A stretch of 63,496 nucleotides of DNA, filler included, from Globobulimina sp. (GCA_003354225.1; 40 parts of 40 records of this genome joined end to end with filler, not necessarily neighbours in it); one strand, 5' to 3'; counted from the whole stretch's first letter, positions 49,583-60,320 are shown. Notes: generated by a model not told the origin, from the letters alone. Made by a program: numbers and translations.

Positions 49583-50419
49583 ATGACTGAGGAAGACGTT
49601 CCATCGATATTGGCAGGTGTAGGAGCACCACCAGCACCACCAGCACCATTTCAGTATAATTTTCAACAACAACAAATGCCACAGAATTTTATTTATGATA
49701 AACAACAACAACCTACACCAAGCCATTACCAACATTCAGCGTCAGTGGCTGCGCCAAACACTTATCAAAATACGTCTATGCCTATCACTGTCCAATCTCA
49801 ACAACGATCAACAATGCCTATCACTGCCCAACCTCATCAATCTCAACAACAAGCAACAAGAACACCGCATCCAGACCAATCAGTGTATGAAAGCATGAGA
49901 TTGTTGCATCAACAAAACCAAGATCTACATAAAAATATCAAAGACTTACAAAAAGATGTAAAAAAATTAAAAAAACAAAAAAAAAAAGACGTAATTGATC
50001 TTACAATAAAAAAAGAAAAATCAGACAATAATCATCCTCTAATCACACCAATACCACCAAGAAACGATGTTGTTAAACGAGTGCCAGATTTACGAAAGAG
50101 ACATCCTCAAAAGATCACACATAATCAATCTCATATATATGATGTGAACGAGAATAAGGATGAGGATGATGAGGAACCTTATTTTAAATCGAATGATACT
50201 ACAAATTCAAATATGGGACTATCACCACCATTTCGGCATGGATTGTATATGTACTATGATGGAAATGGAAATGGAAATGGAAATGGAAATGGAAATGGAA
50301 ATGGACATATTACTACTACCATAATCATTTCGTCATCAGAGGAATCGTCATCAGAAAAGAGAAAGAGAAAGAGAAAGAGAAAGAGAAAGAGAAAGAGAAA
50401 GAGAAAGACGAGCATGTGA
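49583..50419 (+). CDS. Gln/Pro-rich protein ending in (GN)n and (KR)n microsatellite tracts
   Basis: 278-aa ORF with short coiled coil; (GGAAAT)7 and (AAGAGA)8. Confidence 0.55.
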   Translation: MTEEDVPSILAGVGAPPAPPAPFQYNFQQQQMPQNFIYDKQQQPTPSHYQHSASVAAPNTYQNTSMPITVQSQQRSTMPITAQPHQSQQQATRTPHPDQSVYESMRLLHQQNQDLHKNIKDLQKDVKKLKKQKKKDVIDLTIKKEKSDNNHPLITPIPPRNDVVKRVPDLRKRHPQKITHNQSHIYDVNENKDEDDEEPYFKSNDTTNSNMGLSPPFRHGLYMYYDGNGNGNGNGNGNGNGHITTTIIISSSEESSSEKRKRKRKRKRKRKRKRKTSM

Positions 50420-50711
50420 ATAAAATTGCGGATATTAATGGTGTACCATTGTAATTTAATTCATTGTAAAAAAATATATACATTGTATTCAACCATACGC
50501 GTTTTAATAATGAATTAAATTAGATTTAAAACAAACATACCAAAGTTGCAGTCTTTAACTAGACGCTTTCATTACTTGCCAGTTGCACTGATAAATTCAA
50601 TACGTTTCTATTCGAATACATACATTAATGATTGATGCTAAGAGTTTTAAATTATTTTCTACATCTTTCTTTCTTTCTTTCATCATGGGTCCATGCTGCC
50701 ACTTTGATTTT

Positions 50712-50783
50712 GTGCGCATAGCTCAATCGATAGAGCACTGGCTTATTTATGCCAGGATACAGGTTCAATCCCTGTTGCGTACA
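50712..50783 (+). ncRNA. 72-nt tRNA-like cloverleaf with 8-nt anticodon loop and 3-nt variable loop
   Basis: GTGCGCA-TA-GCTC AATCGATA GAGC-A-CTGGC TTATTTAT GCCAG-GAT-ACAGG TTCAATC CCTGT-TGCGTAC-A then TTT. Confidence 0.75.
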
Positions 50784-51075
50784 TTTNNNNNNNNNNNNNN
50801 NNNNNNNNNNNNNNNNNNNNNNNNNNNNNNTTAATTAATTAANNNNNNNNNNNNNNNNNNNNNNNNNNNNNNNNNNNNNNNNNNNNTTGTATATATTCAG
50901 AATCATTTGTGTACAGCCACGTGTAGGACTGTTTATTTATGAATACTGCCAATATACCATCAACAAATTACTATATACGACACCATGACATCAATTAAAG
51001 CACCAGAAACATTAAAATGCTACAAAGGAACCGATCTTTTTCAAGAAACATGCGCAAATCACTCAAACCCGCCAA

Positions 51076-52188
51076 ATGAAGAAAAGAAGTCCAAATCTGT
51101 TTGTAACCAACGAAGGTGAAGAAGTTGTAAAAGTATTAGATTTACGTAAGTCATCATTATCATATTATTTACCCATTGATGCAAATAAAATCTTTTTCCT
51201 GCCATCATTGCAATATATTCAACATATCGATGCTCCCTTTTTATTGTACAACAAAGTAAGCCATACCACACAAACTCAATATTATATTAAAGCATATTTA
51301 TCTGAACATTTAGAATTATTTTTATATCCCTTCGATCAGCAATTTTTAAATGTCAAGTTCCGTTGGAATAGTGATTATTTTCGAATATTAGATTTTGTCA
51401 ACGATAAAGATATCCCAATCACAGAACAATGGTTTGGTGCAAAGGGAGATCACTCTGAGCGAAAGAAACTGTTATTTCATCATTTACCGTTAAAAATTCA
51501 GTTGAAAGAGTCGTTGCAGAATGAAGTAAAAATGTTTTCTGCTTGGATTGATTTCCGAGATATGAAATTAGCGCAAGATAAAGATAAAAATGAGTATGAT
51601 AATAAGTTAAGCGCTGCTAATTTAAGATTTGCGTTAATTCGTTTGAGAGTGTCTCGCAATCCGATGTATTTTGTAGCAAATGTATTATTTCCATTTTTTA
51701 TTATTGTGTCCGCCTCGTTCAGTGTCTTTGCGATTGATAGAGAAGACATTGGTGATCGGTTAGGTGTTTCTGTCACCATTTTATTGACATTTGCAGCATT
51801 TCAATCTTTTGTGGCGGAACAATTGCCTGAAACTTCCAAAATGTTATTAATTGATTGCTATATTACCGCAGCATATGGATTGCAAGCATTGTTAATTGCT
51901 GCTACTGCCATTATCGCAACATTGGATAATGATATTGCTGCATCACTGGATATGTTATCTGCTGTTGTATTTGGTGCAGTGTGGGTTCTTTTTTCTGTTT
52001 TTTATGTGTCTTTAAAATTCGATATGGTTAAAAATTGTTATGATAAAATACATGGATGTTTCTGTTTTTGTTGTTGCAGGAAAGCAAGTTTTGGTGATTG
52101 GAAGAAAAGAGCAAGAGAAGAACTTGAAGAATGGGCAAATGCGCAAGAGAAAGTGTATCATTTTGATCCACATAACATTACAAGATAA
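51076..52188 (+). CDS. Cys-less pentameric ligand-gated ion channel subunit
   Basis: LYPFDQQ Pro-loop, R..MYFVANVLFP (M1), DRLGVSVTILLT (M2), LPETS..LLIDCY (M3), short M3-M4 loop. Confidence 0.88.
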   Translation: MKKRSPNLFVTNEGEEVVKVLDLRKSSLSYYLPIDANKIFFLPSLQYIQHIDAPFLLYNKVSHTTQTQYYIKAYLSEHLELFLYPFDQQFLNVKFRWNSDYFRILDFVNDKDIPITEQWFGAKGDHSERKKLLFHHLPLKIQLKESLQNEVKMFSAWIDFRDMKLAQDKDKNEYDNKLSAANLRFALIRLRVSRNPMYFVANVLFPFFIIVSASFSVFAIDREDIGDRLGVSVTILLTFAAFQSFVAEQLPETSKMLLIDCYITAAYGLQALLIAATAIIATLDNDIAASLDMLSAVVFGAVWVLFSVFYVSLKFDMVKNCYDKIHGCFCFCCCRKASFGDWKKRAREELEEWANAQEKVYHFDPHNITR

Positions 52189-52475
52189 GAGCATCCGGTT
52201 TTCAACGTCAGATTATTATTGTTTCTGAGAAACGAAGGCAAACCTATATAATTTTTGCCTTTGTCAGTCACCAGAAACGGTTTGCATCTTTTCAGACAAT
52301 TATTCTTTTATTATAGTTTTAGTATTATATTAGCACCATTACAGACTATTTTCTTTTTTTTTCATTTTTTTATATNNNNNNNNNNNNNNNNNNNNNNNNN
52401 NNNNNNNNNNNNNNNNNNNTTAATTAATTAANNNNNNNNNNNNNNNNNNNNNNNNNNNNNNNNNNNNNNNNNNNN

Positions 52476-53264
52476 CAATCTCAATAAAGGCGCTGTTAAC
52501 TTCCATTTCATTGAAACATATTTTGACAAATCTGGTCCTTGAGCTGGATACTCGACAACAATTGTATTTGGGTCGTATTCTGCGATTAGTTTCTCAATTT
52601 TCGGAATTGATTTGATGTCTGGATGAATATCTCGCCATATTAATAATTGTTGATTTGTTTCATTAATATTATTGGGATAAAGCTTTCTTGTTAGATATGG
52701 GATATTGTTTCCATATGAATCTTGTAAATGAGAATAGTTTGAATGTTGGGCCAAATTCCATTTATTTGATGATTTACTACTTTTTTTCCGATTTTTCGCA
52801 TCCATTTTATTTTTATTTATCGATGGAAATGCGAGCTCAAATGGATGATAATCAACAGTAGATTTGACATCAATTCCTAAATTTTGTTTGGTTTCTTTAG
52901 TGCATCTCCATCGAGCTAATGGCTGTAATGTAAGGAGCATTTGTCTGGAAAATTTGGCAATGTTTTTGTGCGCGCCATCTGGATATTGATTGAAATCACC
53001 AACGACATATTGTTTCTCATTGTCCAATATGTGTTGTTCCTCAATATCCAACATATTCAGTTCCGCGACGTCAATCCCCATTTTTTTTAATTTATCGAAG
53101 TGTTTCCGATTTTCACGCTGAGAGCAGATACCTTCAGCAAATAATCTTATATTAATTAAATCTGCCATAATACCTGTTTTTATCACTGTCATTTTTGATG
53201 AGTATTGTCTCATTTGTAATTGTCTGCAACCAATTCTCCAAATAACATGATTTGAATTAAACAT
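52476..53264 (-). CDS. Probable mitochondrially targeted protein, possibly entering a TraB-like domain, 3' partial
   Basis: Arg-rich presequence-like N-terminus; LIAEYDPNTIVVE. Confidence 0.45.
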
Positions 53265-53605
53265 TGTTTCTAGTTAATGCACAAAGATCACGCAGCAGTT
53301 ATACAAAGCCGTCGATGAGGATTCTGGACAATGTTTTTATTTCTACATTTTAGAGCCATAGTCCACTGGAAATAGGAATGTGTACTTTTGATAGATAGGC
53401 AACAACAGGTCGTCCGTGCATTACTTACTACCAAAAAAAGGCACGACTTCGAACACAAACAGTATATATGCACCAAAAAGACAAAAACAACAGCTGTAAT
53501 TATTACGACTGCAGTCATATGTCTTCATATGTATAATTATCATCATTTTAGTATTATAAAACGTATTCGATTTGTTTGATAATAAATCATCAATAAGTCC
53601 GAGAA

Positions 53606-53964
53606 TGATTGGGTTGTGGCCCACGTATGGTGGTAATCTACAAAATCAACAGATATCCCCATCAAATGTTATCAGTTAAATGCGTGTATGAATCCGATGG
53701 CGGCATTGCATTTCCCGGCTATCCAACAATAGACAACGACAACAACAGTTATTTCATTTAGATTCATGTCAGCCACGTTGGAGACACAATGTTGCGGAGT
53801 TATTAGGGTTTAGTAATATGACCATATTTTAATAACACATCAAACTCTGACTATATTTGGCATTTGGGAAATGTATCTCGATTAAGAATCCCTCGCAGGA
53901 CTTGGCGATGGGGGACATTGTGCGAGGTTTATTGGATGTGATTGCGATGAATTGCGCGCAATTG
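53606..53964 (+). pseudogene. Degenerate PQQ-type beta-propeller gene fragment
   Basis: WPTYGGNLQNQQ then GYPTID in a shifted frame with stops. Confidence 0.35.
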
Positions 53965-54064
53965 NNNNNNNNNNNNNNNNNNNNNNNNNNNNNNNNNNNN
54001 NNNNNNNNTTAATTAATTAANNNNNNNNNNNNNNNNNNNNNNNNNNNNNNNNNNNNNNNNNNNN

Positions 54065-54672
54065 CCACAAATGATTTTTTTTAAGTGCAAGGATATGTTT
54101 GTAAAGATATTTTTTATATATAAATAAAACTTACTGTCTGCTCCGCCCGCCCAAGCGTCATCATTAATATCAAAAGCTCCGTGGCAACACCATTCAGTTT
54201 TTGTATCAAACATATATGAGATACACCGACAATGTAACGCTTTATCATTTTTATTTAATTTTCCAGTCCAACCCTGTAAGATTAAGAGTCTTTTTGTTCC
54301 TTTATTTTTATGTTCTTTTAAAATTTTATCACATTCTACCCATGCTTCTGGCCATAACCAGTTGGTATTCAGTGGACAATAATTCTGGAACTTACGACGT
54401 ATTGGATTATTATCATACTCTTCTAACTCAATAAATATTTGCTCAGACATAACAAAACCAGGCACGACATGAATGGCAAACTCATTGTTGTTGTATTTCA
54501 TAATTCCAGCAGCCATCCAATTTTCAATTTGGCTGCAATCGTCCAATGTACCAAAGTGATTAAATCCTGCCTCTCCTAACGTTTGCCAGATTTTGCTCTG
54601 TGTCTTGTCATCAGTTATGCGGGCATTTACTGAGCAATCAAGTAAGTCAAATACTTGCTGTTTCGAAAGCAT
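54065..54672 (-). CDS. ORF1 of the 1370-bp unit, unknown protein (207 aa after circularisation, stop at 55419-55421)
   Basis: Globular Trp/Cys-containing ORF continuing across the terminal repeat; a GTAAGT donor at 54134 offers an alternative spliced end. Confidence 0.6.
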
Positions 54673-54724
54673 TGTCTTTGCAAATTGGCTCTGATGTTTT
54701 AGCTGAAAAAAAAACTTTAGTCAA

Positions 54725-54776
54725 AAAACCTCTGGATCCATCTGACAAATAAAATGATTATATTGAGTGCAAGGAT
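54725..54776. promoter_or_regulatory. Bipartite motif AAAACCTCTGGATCCA-N25-AGTGCAAGGAT, ~50 nt upstream of ORF1 ATG
   Basis: Matches 4073-4124 and 55422-55464. Confidence 0.45.
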
Positions 54777-54858
54777 TATTGATAAATATAAATTATTTCA
54801 TAAAAAGGGAAAAAAAAATACAATGCAAAAACAAAAAAACATTTAATACAATATTTAA

Positions 54859-55296
54859 TTACCATGTTCCTGAATATTTAAATCTTCTTAGATATGCGAT
54901 TGTCATTCCAATTATTCCAGAATTTAGTTCAACGTAATATAAATTCTGATAATCATTATTGCCGGGAAAGTCAATACCTACCAACACCCTATAAGATTGC
55001 TAGGTGCCAAATGCTGCGCAATCTAAAATATCGGTTACTTCGACTGTATCTTTATTGCCTTTGGTAGGCACAAAAACCTCGAGATCTGTAGTTGGCCGCA
55101 TATTTATAGTATAATATGTTTGCGGTTTGGTTAATATGTTATTTATTTCATTCTGCCCGATGGTTATTAGTTTTCGGGAATAAATGTTATTGCTTTCGTA
55201 AATTGATGGCGAATTTGAATTGAGGCGCAATAAGTTCGCCAATGAGATAGATGGACTTGGACTTGGTGTAGCTGACTTGTTTTGTTGTTGTGCCAT
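54859..55296 (-). CDS. ORF2 of the 1370-bp unit, unknown protein with one in-frame TAG at 55000-55002
   Basis: 98 aa, TAG, then 46 further sense codons QSYRVLVGIDFPGNNDYQNLYYVELNSGIIGMTIAYLRRFKYSGTW*. Confidence 0.45.
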
Positions 55297-55421
55297 GGTC
55301 CAAAATTTGAAAACTTTATTTCTCGATTATTTTTAAGATCACCAATTATTCCGTCCAATGTAGCAATATTCTTTAATAATCGATCTGTGTAACAAACAGC
55401 CAAAAACTTCTTAGTGACTCA

Positions 55422-55464
55422 AAAACCTCTGGGTCCACAAATGATTTTTTTTAAGTGCAAGGAT
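55422..55464. promoter_or_regulatory. Bipartite motif AAAACCTCTGGGTCCA-N16-AGTGCAAGGAT between ORF1 end and ORF2 start
   Basis: Third full copy. Confidence 0.45.
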
Positions 55465-55653
55465 ATGTTTGTAAAGATATTTTTTATATATAAATAAAAC
55501 TTACTGTCTGCTCCGCCCGCCCAAGCGTCATCATTAATATCAAAAGCTCCGTGNNNNNNNNNNNNNNNNNNNNNNNNNNNNNNNNNNNNNNNNNNNNTTA
55601 ATTAATTAANNNNNNNNNNNNNNNNNNNNNNNNNNNNNNNNNNNNNNNNNNNN

Positions 55654-56900
55654 GTTTGTCCCAAATCAACTTTACCTATGGGCAGGCATCCCAACACCCT
55701 ATGAACGATGGGTTTCGTTAAAACTTGTGTTTTATTACAAATTATTAAGAGGTGGTGACATCTCACACATGCACCGATGGGCCAAATTGCCCCATATCCA
55801 TCACTACAAATTATATAAACAATATGTCGACCTCAAAAACAAATGGCTGCCAAACACCACCCATCAAACTCCGAATGGTCCCATATTGATTGACCCATTT
55901 GACACTGTTGACTTCCCCTTCCAAATACGTCCAATCATAGTCACCAATCAACATACATACATAGTAAATAAACTGAACCGTTATCACCCACTAAGAGTCC
56001 TAAACCATATAACAAGCGACTACAGACCGATGAATATCTATGAGAGCAACGAATTGGCGGTCTATGTCAATCAACAAATGATAGCAATTTATAGAGAACT
56101 CTTCTATAATTTCAACCAAAAGACCAATTTTTGTAATCTTTGCCACGCCCTCACAGCCAAGCCAATTGAAACACATTTAGCTGTCATATGCCCCGTTCTA
56201 GACACCCTAAGGCATGAATATTGGAACTATGCCAACCTTACCTTTGCTGAAAACGGAGCTAACATTGATCGCATCCACAACCAAATATATATGCAAAGAC
56301 TTATTGAGCTCTGCACCAATGTAAATGTAAATAAATCACAATTCTGGAGAGTAATATGCGGTGCGAATTTCTATAATGTCGCATCCAACCAATTCATTTA
56401 TCATCACAACACTGTTAACATAAACACAAACAAGAATACATTACTCCGGAACCTAATCTCCCAAACCCACAGATGGCTGTACCATGTTAATAACATAAAT
56501 CACTCAGTTACCACAATCCCCGGCATACGCACTAAATATAATATTGTCCCAAATAACTCATTAATTTTTCATATCCGTAATGATAATATAATGGAATGGC
56601 ACAACTATAAATATAAAATTCGCGAATCAGACCTGATAATTGCAACAGATTCTTCCCATGACCCCAACACCAACCTGACAGGAATTGGGATATTCATTAA
56701 AAATCATAATAACATCCATTGCTTCTCCCAACCAATTGGTGCGCAGTCTAATCACTTTGGTGAACTATACGCGATCCTAAAATCAAATTATTTATTAAAT
56801 CAAATTATTTATACTAAGCATATAGATTTTCACTGATTCATTATGCAATTATATGCCACTAATTACCACACCCAAGAAAGTCTCCAAAATGATGAACTCC
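55654..56900 (+). mobile_element. Non-LTR retrotransposon C-terminal region: CCHC knuckle followed by RNase H (frameshifted near 56820)
   Basis: CNLC...ETHLAVICP; IATDSS..TGIGI..SNHFGELYAI, then FTDS in a shifted frame. Confidence 0.7.
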
Positions 56901-56924
56901 GATTTGTTTATCCAAACCCAGACA

Positions 56925-57141
56925 TACTTTCCCTGTAGATTGGTTCAAAGGGTTCAGTTTTGAGATTTTCAGATTTTTAAAAGTACTCTCAACAGTAACC
57001 GTCTGAAATAAAAGCCACCCTTATGCATACTCATACAAACACATACAAACGCCAAATTATACGCGTTTAAAATAAAAACAATCCAAAACATTATACAAAA
57101 TCTCAAAACCAATCCTTTCAAACCAATCTACAGGGAAAGTA
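56925..57141. mobile_element. 217-bp MITE bounded by TA
   Basis: TACTTTCCCTGTAGATTGGTT ... AACCAATCTACAGGGAAAGTA plus inner inverted GTTTTGAGATTTT. Confidence 0.9.
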
Positions 57142-57343
57142 CNNNNNNNNNNNNNNNNNNNNNNNNNNNNNNNNNNNNNNNNNNNNTTAATTAATTAANN
57201 NNNNNNNNNNNNNNNNNNNNNNNNNNNNNNNNNNNNNNNNNNTTTCTGTTTTAACAAATCGCGTGTATTTGAGCCTGCTGCCATTGTGCAACAAATGCTC
57301 TTCAAAAAATTTATAATATTAAAATTCTTGTTAGCTGCAGCAG

Positions 57344-57563
57344 TAGGGCTTTCCGATAAGTACTGATTTTTTCAAAAACTTATCAAACAGTTCTCAAAAA
57401 TGCAATCAGTTCAATAAGTATTTTTATTTTTTTTATATTACAGAATCTTAACAACAGACACAAGAATGAGTAACATGACTTATATAAGCACCCATACCAC
57501 ATATTACAAAAAACAAATAAACATTCACAAAAAATATAACATATATCCTTGCACTTTCACACA
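57344..57563. mobile_element. End of a TAGGGCTTTCCGATAAGTACTG TIR element
   Basis: Inverted near-identical copy of 44001-44199. Confidence 0.85.
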
Positions 57564-57849
57564 TGTTTTTTTGTGTTGCTGCTGATGATGAACTCCAACA
57601 TCGAACATATTAATAAAATAAAATAACTCCTTTCATATAAAAACATCGCCGAAATCCATTATTCCAAATATTTTAAAAAGCAAAACAATACCAAATTATG
57701 CCTCTCATAAACTACAATTGGCGCTCCAATATGAATACCAATGGGCGCAAAATCAAATGTATACCATCCTTTGTAGTAAAATGCAAATATATTGAATTTA
57801 TAAATAGTTTGTGTACAGAAACGAGTTTATATAATAACACACATAATAC

Positions 57850-58370
57850 ATTATTTGCGTTCACAGACTGTTCCATATTTAAAAAACATACATCAAATCC
57901 ATAATCATTTGAATGGCAATAAACGACCCAAACATACGTGATAACTATATACAAAATATCTGTTTGGACACAGATATCGATGTTTATTAATTCACAAATA
58001 GATAATTGTTTGCAATATAATGTTATTCCCATACATCAAGATTTGATGTCCATTGGTTATGCATATGACATTAACATAGTTGAATTAATTGGTATTTTGA
58101 CTGTGATTCAACAAATTATCAAATTCCCGCGTGACGTTTTAGAGAAATATAGATTTATTCATATAATCTCTGACAATATTAACGCATTATTATGGATGGC
58201 AAAAATACAAACGACATACGATTATCTTCTGATAAAATAAATCAAACAAATCCATTATCATGTTAATTATTTATACTAATTATAAAATAACAATTCGTCT
58301 TCAAAAATGTAAACGCGACACAAATCATGGTACTCGTATCGCGGATATCTTTGCTAAAAAAGCAGCATAA
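57850..58370 (+). pseudogene. Degenerate retroelement RNase H domain
   Basis: LFAFTDCS, INIVELIGI, IHIISDNINAL, GTRIADIFAKKAA interrupted by stops. Confidence 0.65.
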
Positions 58371-58662
58371 AACAAGCAAAAATCTAAGACTGTTTATATA
58401 ATTTACAATGCTTCTCCTGTAGACTGTAGTGACATTGATAGGGAGTTTGCTGTTTATTGCTCTATTTATTGTTGATTTTTTGGTATTCCATTCATTTTAT
58501 TGGATGACATATACAAATACAAACTGCTATGGCATGGTTAATACATAATATACTCATTGCCGTCTGCATATTCTGTTATTGTTGTTATAATGTCTGTGTT
58601 TTTCATAATTTATTAACAACAAAAATATAAACAAACCTGTATTAATGCGCCATACCGCCAAT

Positions 58663-58730
58663 ATCTCACGCCAGGATTTGAACCTGGATTCCTGCATAAA
58701 ACAGTGCTCTACTAATTGAGCTACGTGAGA
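58663..58730 (-). ncRNA. 68-nt tRNA-like cloverleaf with 3-bp anticodon stem
   Basis: TCTCACG-TA-GCTC AATTAGTA GAGC-A-CTG TTTTATG CAG-GAAT-CCAGG TTCAAAT CCTGG-CGTGAGA-T. Confidence 0.75.
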
Positions 58731-58831
58731 TNNNNNNNNNNNNNNNNNNNNNNNNNNNNNNNNNNNNNNNNNNNNTTAATTAATTAANNNNNNNNNNNNN
58801 NNNNNNNNNNNNNNNNNNNNNNNNNNNNNNN

Positions 58832-60320
58832 AAATCATACCGTTTTTAATTTGTGCAAATATCAAAAAGATGCGGCAACTAAACACAGAATAATTCAGAC
58901 TTTAACAAAAGATTCAACGTTTGGATTTTATGCTGGCATGTCCGGTGTGGCAGACATAAATGGAGCGTGGATTACAGATCTGACCAATAAATATGATGAT
59001 AGATGGGTATTATCGGCGCAATCCAATGATTTATATCGTGCAAATGGTATGGATTGGACAGTAAATAGTGCTGCTGCGCTGGACCTTGGATTGTTACAAA
59101 TTAATGATGGTTATAACCCTAATGACAAAAGTGACTTTGCGTGTGCCGAAGTTTTGGTTTTCAATGATCAAAAATTGGATGTTGCGGAAATTGAGTGTAT
59201 TGAAGATTATTTTGACAATAAATATGATTTAAAAATCGATGCAACGCCAAGTATGTTTTATTTTAATATGAAATCCAATAATTTGTGTGATTGAATTGGT
59301 TGCATATTTGTACGTAAAGTACTTTGTTTGACAGTAAAAAATATAAACCGTTTTCAGATACATATGGACAAACCATATACTGCTGACTCAGTTTATGCAT
59401 TTTTTTAGAATGACTTTCTCAAAATAATGGATATTGCTGAATTGCTAGAAAGCAAAAATTTTCAGCTTAAAATGTTTTTCACTGAAATGATTTCAAAAGC
59501 TAAGCTTTCATGCCTGCCACGCATCATTATCATAATGATATTGCCGTTGTTTTGCAAGTTGCAAATTCAATTAAATGACAATACGGACAGATGAAACATC
59601 GCGCGCTCTGTTCGCAATTTTGTCATATTATTAAAATGTAATCGGAGTTCAACTTTTGCAGTCGATTACTGGTTGTGTCTGCAGTGATTATTCACTTTTT
59701 TTAGTATTTATACAGTTTATGAACAATTGCATCAAATGAAATATATAAAAATCCAACCATTACATTGTAAATTTGGTCAATAAACCAGACCAATACATAT
59801 TTGTTTTTGCAATATGTGCTATGTACTTAAAAAAAGAAATACTTTTCATGTTTTGTCCAAAAAGTACTTTTGCAGTGGTTCATATTTAATTTGTTAATTT
59901 TAATTTATCTATTTTAAGGTGCATCGTGTGACGATTTATCAGTATTTGAGTCGTGTGCGCCCGGCGGCACTGTGTCAGCGTGGTATGATGGAAACTCGTT
60001 TGATGCACTAAACAATATATGGATGGACAAAACCTGCAATGGCCAAGACGCCACAATAACGAATGGAGTGCTTAATTATTTTGTTGGTAACGACAGCGGA
60101 AATTCATTATATATTAATGGCCAGCCATCCGTTTATGGTTCGACGAATGAACATATTACATTTGGTGATGCCAGCGGTGATACAAATTTATTTATACGCG
60201 CAAATCATACCGTTTTTAATTTGTGCAAATATCAAAAAGATGCGGCAACTAAACACAGAATAATTCAGACTTTAACAAAAGATTCAACGTTTGGATTTTA
60301 TGCTGGCATGTCCGGTGTGG
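58832..60320 (+). CDS. Collapsed tandem exon-intron repeat encoding a 234-aa ConA/LamG-like domain (intron 59251-59918)
   Basis: 58832-58950 identical to 60202-60320; phase-1 splice rejoins in frame; SAWYDG..WMDK..NG.DA and EVLVFN..L...EIECIEDYFDNKY. Confidence 0.75.

Larger units (their letters stand above)
54065..55553. repeat. Circular or tandem 1370-bp unit (119-bp exact terminal direct repeat)
   Basis: 54065-54183 identical to 55435-55553. Confidence 0.92.

Noticed and set aside
55654-58731. Apparent cluster of RNase H, MITEs and tRNA-like unit across neighbouring contigs
   Set aside because: Only within-contig linkage is valid; adjacency across linkers is meaningless
54065-60320. Two self-closing contigs with the same 1370-bp unit length
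   Set aside because: Contigs are length-sorted (1489 bp) and share a 119-bp assembler overlap, so equal unit length is coincidental
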